A stretch of DNA of 63,115 nt, counting the filler, from Octopus bimaculoides (lineage: Eukaryota), in NCBI RefSeq assembly GCF_001194135.2. It is 4 parts of 4 records of this genome, joined end to end, with 100 filler letters (N's around TTAATTAATTAA, not from the genome) between each part and the next. Parts side by side here need not be neighbours in the genome. Positions count along the whole stretch, not along the records: positions 1 to 21,763 come from NC_068989.1; positions 21,864 to 25,562 come from NC_068981.1; 2 more parts are not named here. The stretch is one strand, 5' to 3'. Position 1 is the stretch's first letter. Every line of letters begins with the position of its first letter. The position numbers and the translations under genes were made by a program. Shown one piece after another: positions 10,685 through 23,564 of this stretch. The notes under the pieces are model-generated. The model had not been told where the DNA came from and made no database searches. It saw only the letters and a program-made list of their open reading frames with translations.

Positions 10685-10717
10685 TTTAACGTTTCAAGCA
10701 CCGCTCTTTGTCAGAAA
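10685..10717 (-). ncRNA. Decayed minimal hammerhead-like motif
   Basis: UUU / CUGACAA-A / GAGC-ggu-GCUU / GAAA-CG-UU / AAA; two CpG transitions away from CUGACGA...GCUC-GAAA; stem I only 3 bp. Confidence 0.4.
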
Positions 10718-11010
10718 GGAGAATGGGAAAAGTCCAAAGAAGGAAAAGAAATCACCAACAGCACATGTGTGGTTACATTGCTGAAGTATCATATATATAT
10801 TTATATGATATACACATGCTCATATACATAAGGAAAGAAAGGGGGAGAAAAAGAGAATGGAAGGAGCAGAAATTGTGTGTGTGTATGTGTGTGTGTGAGA
10901 AAAAGAGAGACATAAGAGAGAAAGGATGAGAATATTACATGTAACAAAATGATGATCATTCTAACTATAACTTAATATACAATTTGCTTGAATGAGTTTG
11001 ACACTATATT

Positions 11011-11420
11011 ACTCTTTACTCTTTACTTGCTTCAGTCATTTGACTGCAGTCATGCTGGAGCACCGCCTTTAGTCGAGCAAATCGACCCCAGGACTTATTC
11101 TTTGTAAGCCTAGTACTCATTCTAACGGAATCTTTTGCCGAACTGCTAAGTTTTGGTTGTCAAGCGATGTTGGGGGGGGACAATCACAGACACACAAACA
11201 CGCACACACACATATATATATATATATATAATATATACACATATATGTGACGGGCTTTTTTTTTCAGTTTCCGTCTACCAAATCCACTCGCAAAGATTTG
11301 GTCAGCCCGAGGCTATAGTAGAAGACACTTGCCCAAGGTGCCACGCAGTGGGACTGAACCCGGAACCATGTGGTTGGTAATGGTAAGCAAGCTACTTACC
11401 ACACAGCCACTCCTGCGCCT
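11011..11420 (-). mobile_element. tRNA-derived SINE, family A (young, near complete)
   Basis: Head AGGCGCAGGAGTGGCTGTGTGGTAAG...GGTTCCGGGTTCAGTCCC, central (TA/TG)n, (AAGAGT)n-like tail; many paralogues in the window. Confidence 0.85.
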
Positions 11421-11517
11421 ATTCATGACAAAAAGTTTCTTTTTCATCTAACTGACATTCTATATTTGCCTTAATATTTCTTAAAGATTCTATTTCTTTC
11501 AAGAGATTTCTGAAATG
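11420..11517 (-). repeat. Intronic duplicate of exon sequence 12040-12150
   Basis: ATTCATGACAAAAAGTTTCTTTTTCATCTA...AAGAGATTT...CTGAAATG occurs at both places, with 5 substitutions and a ~13-nt deletion. Confidence 0.92.
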
Positions 11518-11555
11518 ATTTGATAGTAACTGAACAGGTATAATATAGTACAAAC

Positions 11556-14384
11556 CTTCCATTGAGCAAAATCTTCTTCCATCAATTTCTTTTCATTTTT
11601 TATTTTCTTCAACTCTTCTTTTAAGTGTTCAATTTCCTTTGTCAATTTTTTTTGTTCAGATATTGCTGTCTGCTGACATTCTTCAGATTGCTTCTTAAGC
11701 TGAGAGATATAGATTTCAGCCTTTTTTTTATATTCTGCTTTCTTATTATTAGCTTCTGTCTCCATTTTGGTTAACTTTAATTGATAATCTTCAAGAAGTT
11801 CATTTATTTTCTCTTCCATTTCAGTTTTTAACTGATCTCGTTCAGAAACAGCTAAACTCAATTTCTGAGAAACAGACACTACTTCAGCTTGCTTCTCTTG
11901 GATTTCTTCAGCAACACTTTTTGTAGAACAGTTTAGAATTTCATATTTCTTTTGAAGCTGCTCATAATTTCCTTGGACTAGTTGTAAATCATCTTCACTT
12001 TGCCTAAGTTTCTCTTCAACTTCATTAATTTTGACACTATATTCATGACAAAAAGTTTCTTTTTCATCTAATTGACATTCTATATTTACTTTGATATTTC
12101 TTAAAGATTCTACTTCTTTCAAGAGATTTTCATTTTCTTTTTCTGAAATGTGTTTCTCCTCATTAGATTTTGTATATTCAACTAACTTGGAAGTAGCTTC
12201 TCTTAAATCATCAGTTAGAGATTCTTTGTCTTTTGCCAGAATATCCATTTTGTCCTGTAATTCTTTAATTTGTAGATGTTTCTCTTGACTTTCTTGTAGC
12301 CGAGATTCTAGCAACATCATTTTATTACTTGTTTCAGTCTGAGTATCTTTTAAATGAGAATCCAAATCATCAATTTTGGCTTTGAGCTGATTTTCCTTCT
12401 GATGAAATTCCTGAGTTTTTTGACTGAGTTCTTTTTCACGTGCTTCGACAATTGCTTTAAGTTCTTCAATATCTTTGTCATAGTTTTGGATACAATCACT
12501 AAGTTTATCTTCAGCAACAGACAATTTCTCCCGAAGAGTTTTTAAATTTTCCTGTAATTCTGCATCATTTATTTGATTATTACTCAACTGACTCTGTAGT
12601 TCTTCAGTTTCACAAGTTTTTTCTGCTAATTTCTGCTCTAGTGAAGTCTTTAGCAAAGACATCTTAGAATCTTTCTCACTCAATTCTTCCTCATACTTTT
12701 CTTTTAATTGGCTATTTTCTTGTTGAAGATTGTCAACTTGTTGTTGCATAAGTAAGCTATTTTCTATCAATTCTTTCTTGATCTCATCTACTGCTTCAAT
12801 TTTATTCAACAAATCCTTGATTTGCTTCTCATAATCTGAATTCTTATCATTAAGGACAATGATGTTAGATTCTGCTTCTTGGTACTTTTTTGTCAGTTGT
12901 TGTTGCACCAAGTTTAATTCTTTGATAGCTTCATTTTTCTCCAGAGTTAACTGTTCTTTAATGTTTGTCATATCCTTCAATTTGTCTTGGTATTCACATA
13001 TGGATTTCATCAACTTTGTGGAATGTTCGTCTGAAACATCACTTAGTTCAGCATCTTTTACTGCCTGCAATTTATCCATTTTAATTTTCCATTCTGTGTT
13101 AAGGTGAAATTTGTCATCTTCAAGAGATTCATTTAACTTCTTCAAGCAATCATTTTCTCCTCTCAGCTCAGTAATCTTTTGTTGGCAATTTTCCAATTCA
13201 ATAATTTTTTCTTCAAATGCTACTATCTTCAAATTTAACTCTTTTTCAAGATTTGCATTTTTCTCCCCCAATTCATTACTGTTCAATTTAAAGAAGACGT
13301 TTTCCTGCATCTTTTTCTCAATATCATTTCCTTGTTGAGTTAAATTATTCTGTAAGCACTGAATTTCTTCTTTACATTGTTCTTTCTCTTGTTCTAAAGT
13401 GTTAACTAAAAGTTTGTTTGTTTCTAATTCTTCATTCATTTTTTCATTTGTCTTCAAAAAGCTCTCAAATGTTGCTTCTATATCCAACAATTTTTTTTCT
13501 TTAGAATCTATAGTGTCTAACTGTTGATTGTTTTTCTCTTTCATAAGCTTCAATTCTTTGTCCAAAGAGTTAATTTCTTTTTTCATAGTTTCTTCTTTTA
13601 TTGTCATTAAAGTAATTGTTTCAATAAACTTTTGATGCTCTTTTTCTAGTGTTTGAATTTTTGAAAGTTCTTCACTAGAATGCGATGCTTTTTTGTCCAA
13701 CTCTTTAGTCATTTGTTTTTCTAATTCCATTTTAGAAAGGCGTGTCAATTCCAGTTCCTTTTGAAGAATACCTTTCTCCTCTTCTAGTTGGTGCACATAG
13801 TTAAATCTTTCATTACATTGATCTTTCAGATTCTGGATGCCTTCTTCATACTGAATTTTGCTGTTTTCCATTTCTTTTTGTAATTTAATGCAATTGTCTT
13901 TCTCACTTTGTAGAGTCTTTTGAAGCTCTGCCAGACGAGTTTCAAAGCCTTGGGTGCGTGATTCAAATTGTACCTGCATAGCAGACATTTTTTCTTTATA
14001 AACTTGAACATTATGGTTTGCCTGTTCCAGTTGATTGTTCTTCTCTGACAACATTTGTTTATACCCAGAAAGTACCTTTTCCAGTTTGCTTTCATAGTAG
14101 TTGTAAAGCTCAGTATTGGAACTTACAAATTCTTCTTGATGGTTGATCCTGAGGACTTCCAATTCTTCAGAATGTTTTTGAATATAACTTTGCAATTTTT
14201 CCATTGACTGAGATTCTTGCTCTTCTAAGGCTTTAGTTAATTCAGTTGAGTGCCTCTCAGTAAGCTCTTTTACAAGCTCTTCATTTGCTAATCGTGACTT
14301 CTCCATAAACTCAGCATGCTCTTCTTCCAGTTTACTTTTTGCCTCTTCTAACTGAATTATTCGTTGCTGCATTTCAATTTTTTC
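11556..14384 (-). CDS. GOLGA4: Giant internal exon (2829 nt, 943 codons, phase 0-0) of a golgin-245/GOLGA4-like coiled-coil protein
   Basis: Stop-free E/K/Q/L-rich heptad ORF; acceptor ttccag|GAA at 14385/14384, donor AAG|gtttgt at 11556/11555; AEYKKKAEIYISQLKKQ resembles recalled human GOLGA4 AELKRKAEQKIAAIKKQ. Exon is secure, gene name is from memory. Confidence 0.75.
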
Positions 14385-15249
14385 CTGGAAAATGATTTAA
14401 ATTAGAGGAATATCTTAAATGAAAAAAACTTTTGATAAGTAGTCGAAATGTAACACTTCTTTTTTCTACAATCACTCAAAAAGAAGGAATAACATTGAAT
14501 GGGTATAAAAGTGCATATATTACAAAATTGATAAAACTGACAAATTTTCAAATACCTGTAGTTAATAGAGATGTTTTAAGAAGATTAAAGTTAGCTCTCT
14601 TGTTAGAGAAAAAAAATTTGTTTAGAAGTGTAATATACACACAATATACATTTTTTTCTACATGTAATCATATATAGAAACAACCAAACATTCATTGAAG
14701 GAGGCACATTTAAATAGAGTATAAAATGTGTCCTTATAAGGAAAAGGTTGACAGTGATTTTGAAGTTTAGTTGACGACTGGTGAATCTTTGAAGTCACTG
14801 ACAAACTTTCTTTTTGTAAAAATAAACGTGTGTGTATGTATATGTTTGTGTAAGTAGGGAACATCTTTCCTTTCACTCCTGTTATATTAGAGACACAATT
14901 ATGTTTGATCTTTTTTATTAAGGACTTTTCATATTTCATTTGTCTTTTATGTTTATTTAGAACAATAGTGTAACTAAACTCAATAGTCTATTATATGTCA
15001 AGACATCAGTCTCATCATCAGAATGAAGAAATGGTATTAATGTCATATTTTTCATATTATTTCAATACATTAAGACTGGGTCACAAATGATCATGGGACT
15101 ACTGTTTTAAATACTAATTTTTTTTATCTTGATGGTTTATTCCTGGATATGTACATAATGCTAGAGTTGATTCAAACTAGGGTTTAAATTCTGGGGAGAA
15201 ATAATCATTTCAAAACTAAGGGTCTTTCATTGTGTGAGATATGGAACCT

Positions 15250-15620
15250 TAAAAGAAAATAGTTTATATTATGCTATGAATGGCCCTAAATGTGAAATGA
15301 CAGCAACATATGACAAATGAATGCCTTTATGGAGACCTGCTGAAAGTTATCGAGAAGATCAGACAAAGACGGCTGATCAGGCAAAGATGGCTGCGACTAT
15401 CCTGTCACTGTGTGCACCACCCTTAAATGGAAGCACCCAAATTAGTCTTGGGGAAACCATTTCATGGTGACGTAAGAAGAGGAAATCATTGTCACACTTG
15501 CATCAACAACTTTATTGCAGACACTGGCCTGGAATGTATCCAGGACCTAGAAGCAGTGATGATGGACCAAGAAGTGTGACAAATGGACCTTGTTGCCTTG
15601 GCCCAGGCTGGAATCCAGCC
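15250..15620 (+). mobile_element. RTE-clade LINE ORF2 3' fragment
   Basis: Decayed ALNV.W..H.TNE.LYG, HC.HHP, LVLG.P.HG, DTGL...DLEAVMMDQEVW, the typical RTE C-terminus. Confidence 0.65.
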
Positions 15621-15837
15621 ATAAATTATTATAAAAAAGATTTGTATCAATAATTTCCCTCAAAATGTCTAGAATTGTCTAATAAGGTGTAAGTTCCTAG
15701 TAAACCAAAAATATAACTTGGTTTTACTTCCTTTCATTTCATTTATACTATTTGCATTAGTAAAGGAACATATATCATAACTCAAATATTCTTTCCTAAA
15801 ATCAAGCTTTTGGGCCAATATCTAACGTTCTTTTATT

Positions 15838-16047
15838 CTTTTACTTGTTTCAGTCATTTGACTGCAGTCATGCTGGAGCACCGCCTTAAAGGGTTTTTTA
15901 GACAAACAAATTAACCTCATGACTTATTCTTTGTAAGCCTAGTACTTATTTTATTTGTCTCTTTTGCCAAACTGCTAAGTTACAGGGACATAAACACACC
16001 AACATTGGTTGTCAAGCAATAGTGGGGGGACAAACATAGACACATAA

Positions 16048-16122
<75 letters not shown>

Positions 16123-16300
16123 ATGTATACAACAGGCTTCTTTCAGTTTCCATCTGCCAAATCCACTCACAAGGCTTTGGTTGGCCTGAGGCTATAGTAG
16201 AAGACACTTGTCCAAGATGCCACAAAATGGGACTGAACCCAAAACCAAATGGTTGGGAAGCAAGCTTCTTACCACAGAGCCACATCTGTGCCTGCTGCTA
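15838..16300 (-). mobile_element. SINE family A (older, CpG-decayed)
   Basis: Colinear with 11011-11420, with (TA)n(TG)n core. Confidence 0.85.
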
Positions 16301-17129
16301 TTCCTCAGATGGAACTGTGCTTTCCATGCATAAGACCTAAAAATGACTAGTCATTCTCATACCAAGTAAAAGTGAAAGATAAAGTGAATGAAACATATCA
16401 TAGACATAATAAAATGTTTTCTAGTGAACATTTGTACCAACAACCCTAAAAAAACATATAATGCATATTTTTTATTATTTATCTCTTACTATCTTGAAAC
16501 ATAGAACCTTTCAATGAAAATGTCTATATCTAACATTACTTGAATAGGGTTACATATATCATTTTGATCATCATCTGAGAATGAAACACAAGACTAAATT
16601 TAATAGGTTTTTAACTACTTATCTGATAGATTTTCAACTAATTTATGATCTGGAACATTGTTGTTGTTATACACACACAAACATGTGAGATAGTTTTTTT
16701 TTTTTAGCTACTGTAATTCATTAATTGGGATAGAGTTGCTGTTATACATATATCAACATCCTAGACAGACCCTCAAAAGAGAAGGCCATTTAGTTGATTG
16801 GTAAAGACTCACCCACAGATGCACTCTTTGCTTCTCCCTGCTTTTACTGCAACATCCTTTGCATATTCTTATTAACTAAATCAACCTACCTCCTCCACTT
16901 GTCTCAACCCCTAGATCTCACTCTAAAGTATTTTGCTCAATTACTTCTTCCCAAGATGCAACCCTACATTCCTGCTATATTTTTCCTACATACCTCAACT
17001 TAATACAATATCAAATTGAGTACCAACTACCTCAAAATCCCTATAGTCTGTGAAGGCCCGTAAACGTCATTGGTACCTCCCTCCTCCTTTGACTAACTAA
17101 TAATAATAATTATTATTATTTTAAATTTT

Positions 17130-17320
17130 GGTGCAAGGCCATCAATTTTAGAGGGAGAAAGTTAGTTAATTACATCAGCTTCAGTACTTGATGGTACTTA
17201 TTTTATTAACCCCAAAAAATAAAAAGCAAAAGCAGCATTTGAACTCAGAATGTGAAGATCCAGAAGAAATGCCACTAAGCAATTTTGTCAGATCACTGAG
17301 AATCCTGCAAGCTCACCAGC
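17130..17320 (-). mobile_element. tRNA-derived SINE, family B (decayed)
   Basis: GCAAGGCC..AATTTT...GGTACTTATTTTATT.ACCCC...TTTGAACTCAGAATGT...GCTCACC; flanked by (TAA/TTA)n. Confidence 0.7.
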
Positions 17321-19500
17321 TTTGACTAACTAATAATAATAATAGAAACCCTACTTTAGTAGCTTAAATGCATGTGAAAATGGTGATGCTGGATGCAGAT
17401 GTTTAACACACACCTTTGTTTTGAATGCACTAGTTTTGTTCATGTTCTATGATTATTTATTGAACATAAGTTCATATTCATTGCACCTTGTGAAATGTGC
17501 ATTAGGTATAGATATGAAAACTAACATAACCAAACTTTTTGATCTGTTCAAATATGTTTGGGACATATTTCTCCTGTAAAATGTTCAGACATCTATATGT
17601 TGATCAATAGATCTCATATTCATGTATTACATATAAACTATGTCTAGAGTATGCCGGTTAGGTAGAACTCTTACCTCTACAGGTGATGCTCATGAAAAAA
17701 CTTGAACTCAGGACTGTAAGCTGATGAAACATTTGATTAATAACTCCTGCTGTATATAATAGCAAGTTATTACTTTTCTGATATCTATTGAGCGCTACAT
17801 ATAATTTAAGATTTAGCTGTATTGACCATTATCACAACCCTATTGATGAAATATAAACAGTGAACCTTTTAGTTAATAACATGCCATGTTTTTTTAAAAT
17901 AACAATGAAATTTACTGCAGTTTTATAAGGAGAAAAAAAATTTCCAATGTAAATAAATAGAATAAAATGAAAAAGTCAAGAGACAGTGTTAAGGTAAACT
18001 GAAAAATTAATGAGTAAAGAATATTGCAAAGCATTGAACCATTATAAAGCAGGAAAGCAATAAATATCAGGCAAAAGTACATTTAAGAACAATTAGATAT
18101 AAATCTTTGCTTTGAGTAATTTGGCGAGAGTACAATGTCATAAGATTCTTTGAGAGTAAAATGAACAAACCAAAAGTCTCTTGATAACCCAATATCCAAC
18201 TTGAGTATTCTTACAGCTTTTAAATGTAAAGTGCACTAACCATTAGATTATGAGGTATATTGCAAGGAAAATTTACTTTTTCATAAAGCTGATGCCTATT
18301 TTCCAAGAAAATAAACACAGAAACAGAAACTATGAAATTGAAATGTCTGCTCTAAATGTCAATTGGAATTCTAATACTTGCCTTATCCAAATGGTTATTA
18401 TCTCAGTTAAAACATTTGGCTTAAGACTACTAAGTTTATATAAGATTACTTTGAAGAGTAAGTGTAGGTGAAGCTGAGCCAATTGTCTTAATGAATTTAA
18501 TGATATTTAATTAACTCAAATAACAATATTTTCATATTTTAAAAGTCAATGCACTCAGCCATTGAAATATACAAACAAAAGCAAAAGTATTCAATATATA
18601 AAATAAAGATTGTTCATTTACTTAAATCTAAGATTTTACTACTTTGAACATTGTTTTGGTACACCATAATCTGAAGATCAACAAATTAGGACTAAATTAT
18701 CTAACAACTAATTCTACAAATCCCATATAAAGTCATGAGATCTTTGTAAACAGCCTTTCAATTTGTTATCTAAACAACTAGTTTAACAGTTTTTTTCATG
18801 TTCACCATTTGCATGTTTTGTATATCAAATTATTCATTTGAAATTAAAGCTTCACTTGGCTACTACTTGCCATTTCCTATAATTGACTATATCCTAGCAA
18901 TTATATCTGATGGCCAACCTTTCATCAAACTAGATGAAAAGCTGTACAGGTTGTTTTGCGCCAGTCTGGGTTTCTATTTATAGGGGTCTTGGATAACTGA
19001 GAACCTGATTATTTGTTTCAGCATCTCTTACATAATCCATTGCAATATATTTGACATTAGTTCAATAGGTGAATAAATACTGTTGAATTAGATGATCCCA
19101 TTAACTCAGTTGATAGCATCAACCTAGTACATATTTTCTGTACTTAATTGCCAAAACAACTTTGAGGATTACAATAGAAAAAAAAGAAAACTTGACAGTC
19201 TTAAGTATTAGATCAAAACCACTCATACATTTGTAATTCTTTTGTTTCCTTAGGGAAAACAAAAGTAAGTTACAGCTGAAATGTCTGCGAGTATAATAAG
19301 CAAGGTCTTTTAGCATATGTGAATAAAAAGATATCATCTAAGCAAGGAATATATATATAGTTTCCCTAAGTGTGGTAGCCACATTGAAAGGAAAAAAAAA
19401 GCTGGACAATTATAACACCAAATAGTATTGCTCAAAATAAATTTTTAAAATTCCATGCCAACAACAGTTAAGCACCACAACAACAATTAGCGCCACTCAC

Positions 19501-19680
19501 AGACTTGAGCTCGCCAATTTCACATTGGAGGGCATCTCTTAAACTGTCTTGTTGAGATAATGCAGCCATTTTCTGCAATTCACGTTCTTCAATAGCTAAC
19601 CGCATTTCTTCTCGATATTCAGCCAGTTGCCGATAAAAATCTTCTTCCTTCTGTCTCTGCCATAATTCCTGTTCTTTGAG
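19501..19680 (-). CDS. GOLGA4: GOLGA4-like exon (180 nt, 60 codons, phase 0-0) upstream of the giant exon
   Basis: atatcag|CTC acceptor, TCT|gtgagt donor; LAIEERELQKMAALSQQDSLRDALQCEI resembles recalled human LALEELELQKKAILTESENKLRDLQQEA; joins in frame to EKIEMQQRIIQLEE. Confidence 0.8.
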
Positions 19681-19974
19681 CTGATATAACAGGAAAAGAT
19701 CCATATACATAATAAACTTAATATACACTGAGAAACAAATAGGGCTTTGAACAGTCAAAAGTCCAAAACAGCTTTTGTCATATACTAGTTCATTGGAAAC
19801 AAATTAAAATACTATTGAATTTTTTGTTCAATAAAACACATACACAGACATATATATGTACATACATATATAAATATAACATTATATAATATGATATAGT
19901 CTTTTATTTCTTTTTTTATGTATTACAGCCCAAAGGCTGTGGCCATGCTGAGGCACTGTCAGTATCATCACATT

Positions 19975-21175
19975 TTTGAGGGCCAAGCTCATGTAATTAG
20001 CTTTTGATGAATGAGGGAGTTCAATATTGCTACTCTCATTTGAGTTTCTTGCAATGATATGGCTCATCTGGGATCAAGGTAGCATAAGGCCAAGGTGTTT
20101 CTTGAAAACATTTACCCTCACATTATGTGGATCCTTCAAAACTTTTTGCAAAATGTTAAACAACTGTGGACCTTTGAATCCCAAGCTTTGGCAGTACCTG
20201 GTCCTTGCTCGAGATTGGGTGGTTGGAACCACTGGCACAATGTAGTGGCATCATGTTTGGGGGCTGGTATGACTTTCAATGCCAAAGTTTAGTGCCATCT
20301 TCTCCAGGATCTTTCATAAAAATATCACTGCTTATTTTTACCATGTAAATCTTCCAGTAGCTCAACTATTTCATTGATGCAATCTTCTAGGTTTAGCACT
20401 GTTAAATTACTTCAAGCTCTGCTACTAATTTGACATTGGGATGATCATAGTTGAGAGCAATAGTCCTGACAGCTGAGAGCAAATGTCCTCCATACAACCA
20501 GTGTAGTTTCCTGGTCCCTTGTTCTGAAAGTTCTCAGAATCCATCTGGCCATTTGCCTGCACATTGCCACCATCTTGGTGATATGTACATGAAACAAAAC
20601 ATCCTTGTTCATATCAATCCCCAGGTCATGCACTGAATCTGACTTTAGGTTTGCTTTTTTCCTTCTTGGTTGCAGTGTATTGGCATAAGCTCAGAGTAGA
20701 TGCTTGGAATTTTTCTGCATTAAGTTCCACTTTGTTTTCTTCAGTTCATTTATATATGGCATCTAGATCTTTCTGTAGAAGATTAGCATCAAAGGGGAAA
20801 CTACCTGTAAAACTGAAGGCATGATTGAGAGAGCCACTACAAACAGCAGTTGTCCAAAAACAGTTCCCTGGGGTATTTCACTGTCTCATTTGAGAGGGCT
20901 CCATTGGCTGCTACATCCTGGCTTCTGTCTTTTTAAGAAGTCATGTAACCACTCTTCTGGTTTTTTGAGTATGCCGAGTACACATAGTTTGTGACATATC
21001 ATCTTATGATCAACTTTATCAAAGGCCTTTGTAAACTTGAGATCCACACCTGAGCAATTGATAAGTTTTTCAGTTTCCCTCTGACAATATGTTCCATGAC
21101 TTTGCTGATATGTGAAGTTAGAGAGATGGGTCTATTATTTTTAGCATCTGCTCTGTTTTTCAACAACATGAAGTT
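19975..21175 (-). mobile_element. CR1/L2-type LINE ORF2 3' portion, decayed
   Basis: Minus: FTKAFDKVDHK, PQGTVFGQLLF, DLGIDMNKDVLFHVHITKMV...LRTFRTRD...DYCSQL, SLGFKGPQLFNIL, PDEP. Confidence 0.8.
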
Positions 21176-22404
21176 TGATTAATCACATATTATGTGTACA
21201 GACATCGATGATAATGATGATTTAGTCATACTTATTATGTGATGCATATTACATAATAGCATTGGGAGTTGTTTCTTCAATAGCAATTAAATAAAGAGTA
21301 GAGAAAATCATTTGGCTACTCACTTAACTATTCAGTGTTAATTAAAGTGGGTGGTATGACAACTGGTAATAACAATGAAGTTGGAAGTCAGTTGAATATA
21401 TGTATTGATATTATAATTTATTAAAAATCAGTTGGTTCAAGGCAGATATAAGTCATCAAATTTCAAGTGTCAACTTGGAGATCCTATTGAATGGTATCAA
21501 GTTACATTCTTGGGTGTCATAAAAATAGTTTGATCAAAACAACAGGCATACTGACTGCAGTTTGTATACCAATATAGTAAGTGCAATTGTACAGATAGAC
21601 AGACATATGACACTGTGCTTACTTACACATGTTTTACAATAAAATATATACTGGTACATATGTCTAACGGTGTATACACACATAAACACACACACATATA
21701 TATATAAATTCAACATATACATGAATATACATGCTCCCACACATATATATATATATATATATANNNNNNNNNNNNNNNNNNNNNNNNNNNNNNNNNNNNN
21801 NNNNNNNTTAATTAATTAANNNNNNNNNNNNNNNNNNNNNNNNNNNNNNNNNNNNNNNNNNNNTGTGTGTAGGCACAGGCGTAGCTGTGTGGTAATAAGC
21901 TTGCTTCCCAACTACCTGGTTCCGGGTTCAATCCCGGAAACTGAAAAAAGCCCGTTGTATGTCGTTTGTATACATACTTACAGACATACATACATACATA
22001 CATACATACATGCATGCATGCATGCATACATAGGCCCTGGGATATGTAACACACTGCCTAAATACCAATCTTGAGAAATTAGACTTCTCAAAACCAAAAA
22101 GAAGAAAGTCTATTCGAAAACTACAGATCTAATGCATCATGGAACTGTAAAAATGTGTAAACCTATCCAGAAGTTTATCATTCAAATATATACGAGCATG
22201 TCTAGATATACAACTATATGCATGAGAATACATGGAACAAAATATGCCAATCTGTACACATACATACATACATACAAAAATACTCTGTTGTTAATGATGA
22301 AATTCCAATGAAGAAGCCTTGGATCTAGGTTAGAAACCGGCTCTTTCTCTATTGGCAAGAAATCTTGAAATAAAATTGAACAATGACATACATACATATT
22401 GAAA

Positions 22405-22567
22405 TGATAATCGACCCCAGTGCGTAACTGGTACTTAATTTATCGACCCCGAAAGGATGAAAAGCAAAATTGACCTCGGTGAAATTTGAACGCAGAGCGT
22501 AAGGGCAGACGGAATACCGCTAAACATTTCGGGCAGCATGCTAACGTTTCTGCCATCTCGCCGCCTC
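22405..22567 (-). mobile_element. SINE family B (CpG-intact)
   Basis: ATCGACCCCAGTGCGTAACTGGTACTTAATTTATCGACCCCGAAAGGATG...CTGCCATCTCGCCGCC. Confidence 0.8.
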
Positions 22568-23049
22568 GATCTTGGAGCTATATTTTGAAGCCAATATATA
22601 TTCGAAAATGTGAAAAATTAACGGGAGGTGACTCTTAACCACAGACATTTTTATACCAGAGTTGTTTCCCTTGACCTAACTAATATCTTTAAAAAAATAT
22701 TATTAGCTTTCGAGCTTCTAGAGATCGAATTGCAATTTAATGACATTGCGTTTTTCGTTCTTTATTCCAATAATTCAAAGAAATAAACAGTCTCATGTTT
22801 ATTCAACTTTTACGAAGGTGAAATGGAATAACGTGTTTATTTTATAAGTCTTCCAAACATGGAGCATGTTAATATAGTGCCTGTATAGCTTACCTTTGAT
22901 TACAAAAATCCTAGTCAGACTAACTTGAACAAATAACGAAGAGAAAGTGGATATTTAAGTAGAAATACAAAATAATAAGAAAATCAAGCAATGGAGTTGT
23001 GAAAAATCTTTAATGATCAAGTATTTAACGGAATAATTTATTTTTATTG

Positions 23050-23500
23050 ACGGTGGCGTGGCTCTATGGTAAGATGTTTGTAAAGAATAAAAAGTTTAGA
23101 ATGGTGTAACAATGCACTATAGAACAAAAAATGGACTATATACTTGTTGTAACTTGGTTATCTGTTTGCTTCTTAACCACATGCTTCTGGGTTCAATCCT
23201 ACAACGAGGTACTTTGGGCAACTGTCTTCTACTATAGCCCCAGACCAATCAAAGTCGTGTGAATAGATTTGGAAAGGAAACTGAAAAAAGCCTATCGTGT
23301 GCGTGTGTATGTCTGTATCACAACCGATTGACGGTATTGGTTTGTTTACGTCCTCGTATGTTAGCGGATTCGGCAAAAAGAAATCAACAGAATAAGTAAC
23401 AGGCTTTTAGAAAAAATAGCTCTGGAGTCTATGTGTTTGACTAAAACCTTGAAGGTGGTGTTCCAGCATGGTCCCAATTTAGTGACTGGAACAAATAAAA
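23050..23500 (+). mobile_element. SINE family A with an 82-bp insertion in its head
   Basis: Head GGCGTGGCTCTATGGTAAG interrupted at 23081-23162; body colinear with 23565-23957. Confidence 0.75.
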
Positions 23501-23564
23501 GAATGCATCTCCTTCGTGGAAGAGAAAACTACACAACTATACCTGTATTAAAATAGTTACCATA

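Noticed and set aside
11499-14372. The 957-aa ORF as a complete intronless gene
   Set aside because: The Met lies four codons inside a spliced exon, and the tail VCTILYLFSYYQIISEIS is intron read-through past a donor at 11555.
21808-21819. TTAATTAATTAA isolated inside N runs (also 25607-25618 and 46580-46591)
   Set aside because: Identical 12-mer with stops in all six frames, centred in gaps: a scaffolding linker, not biology.
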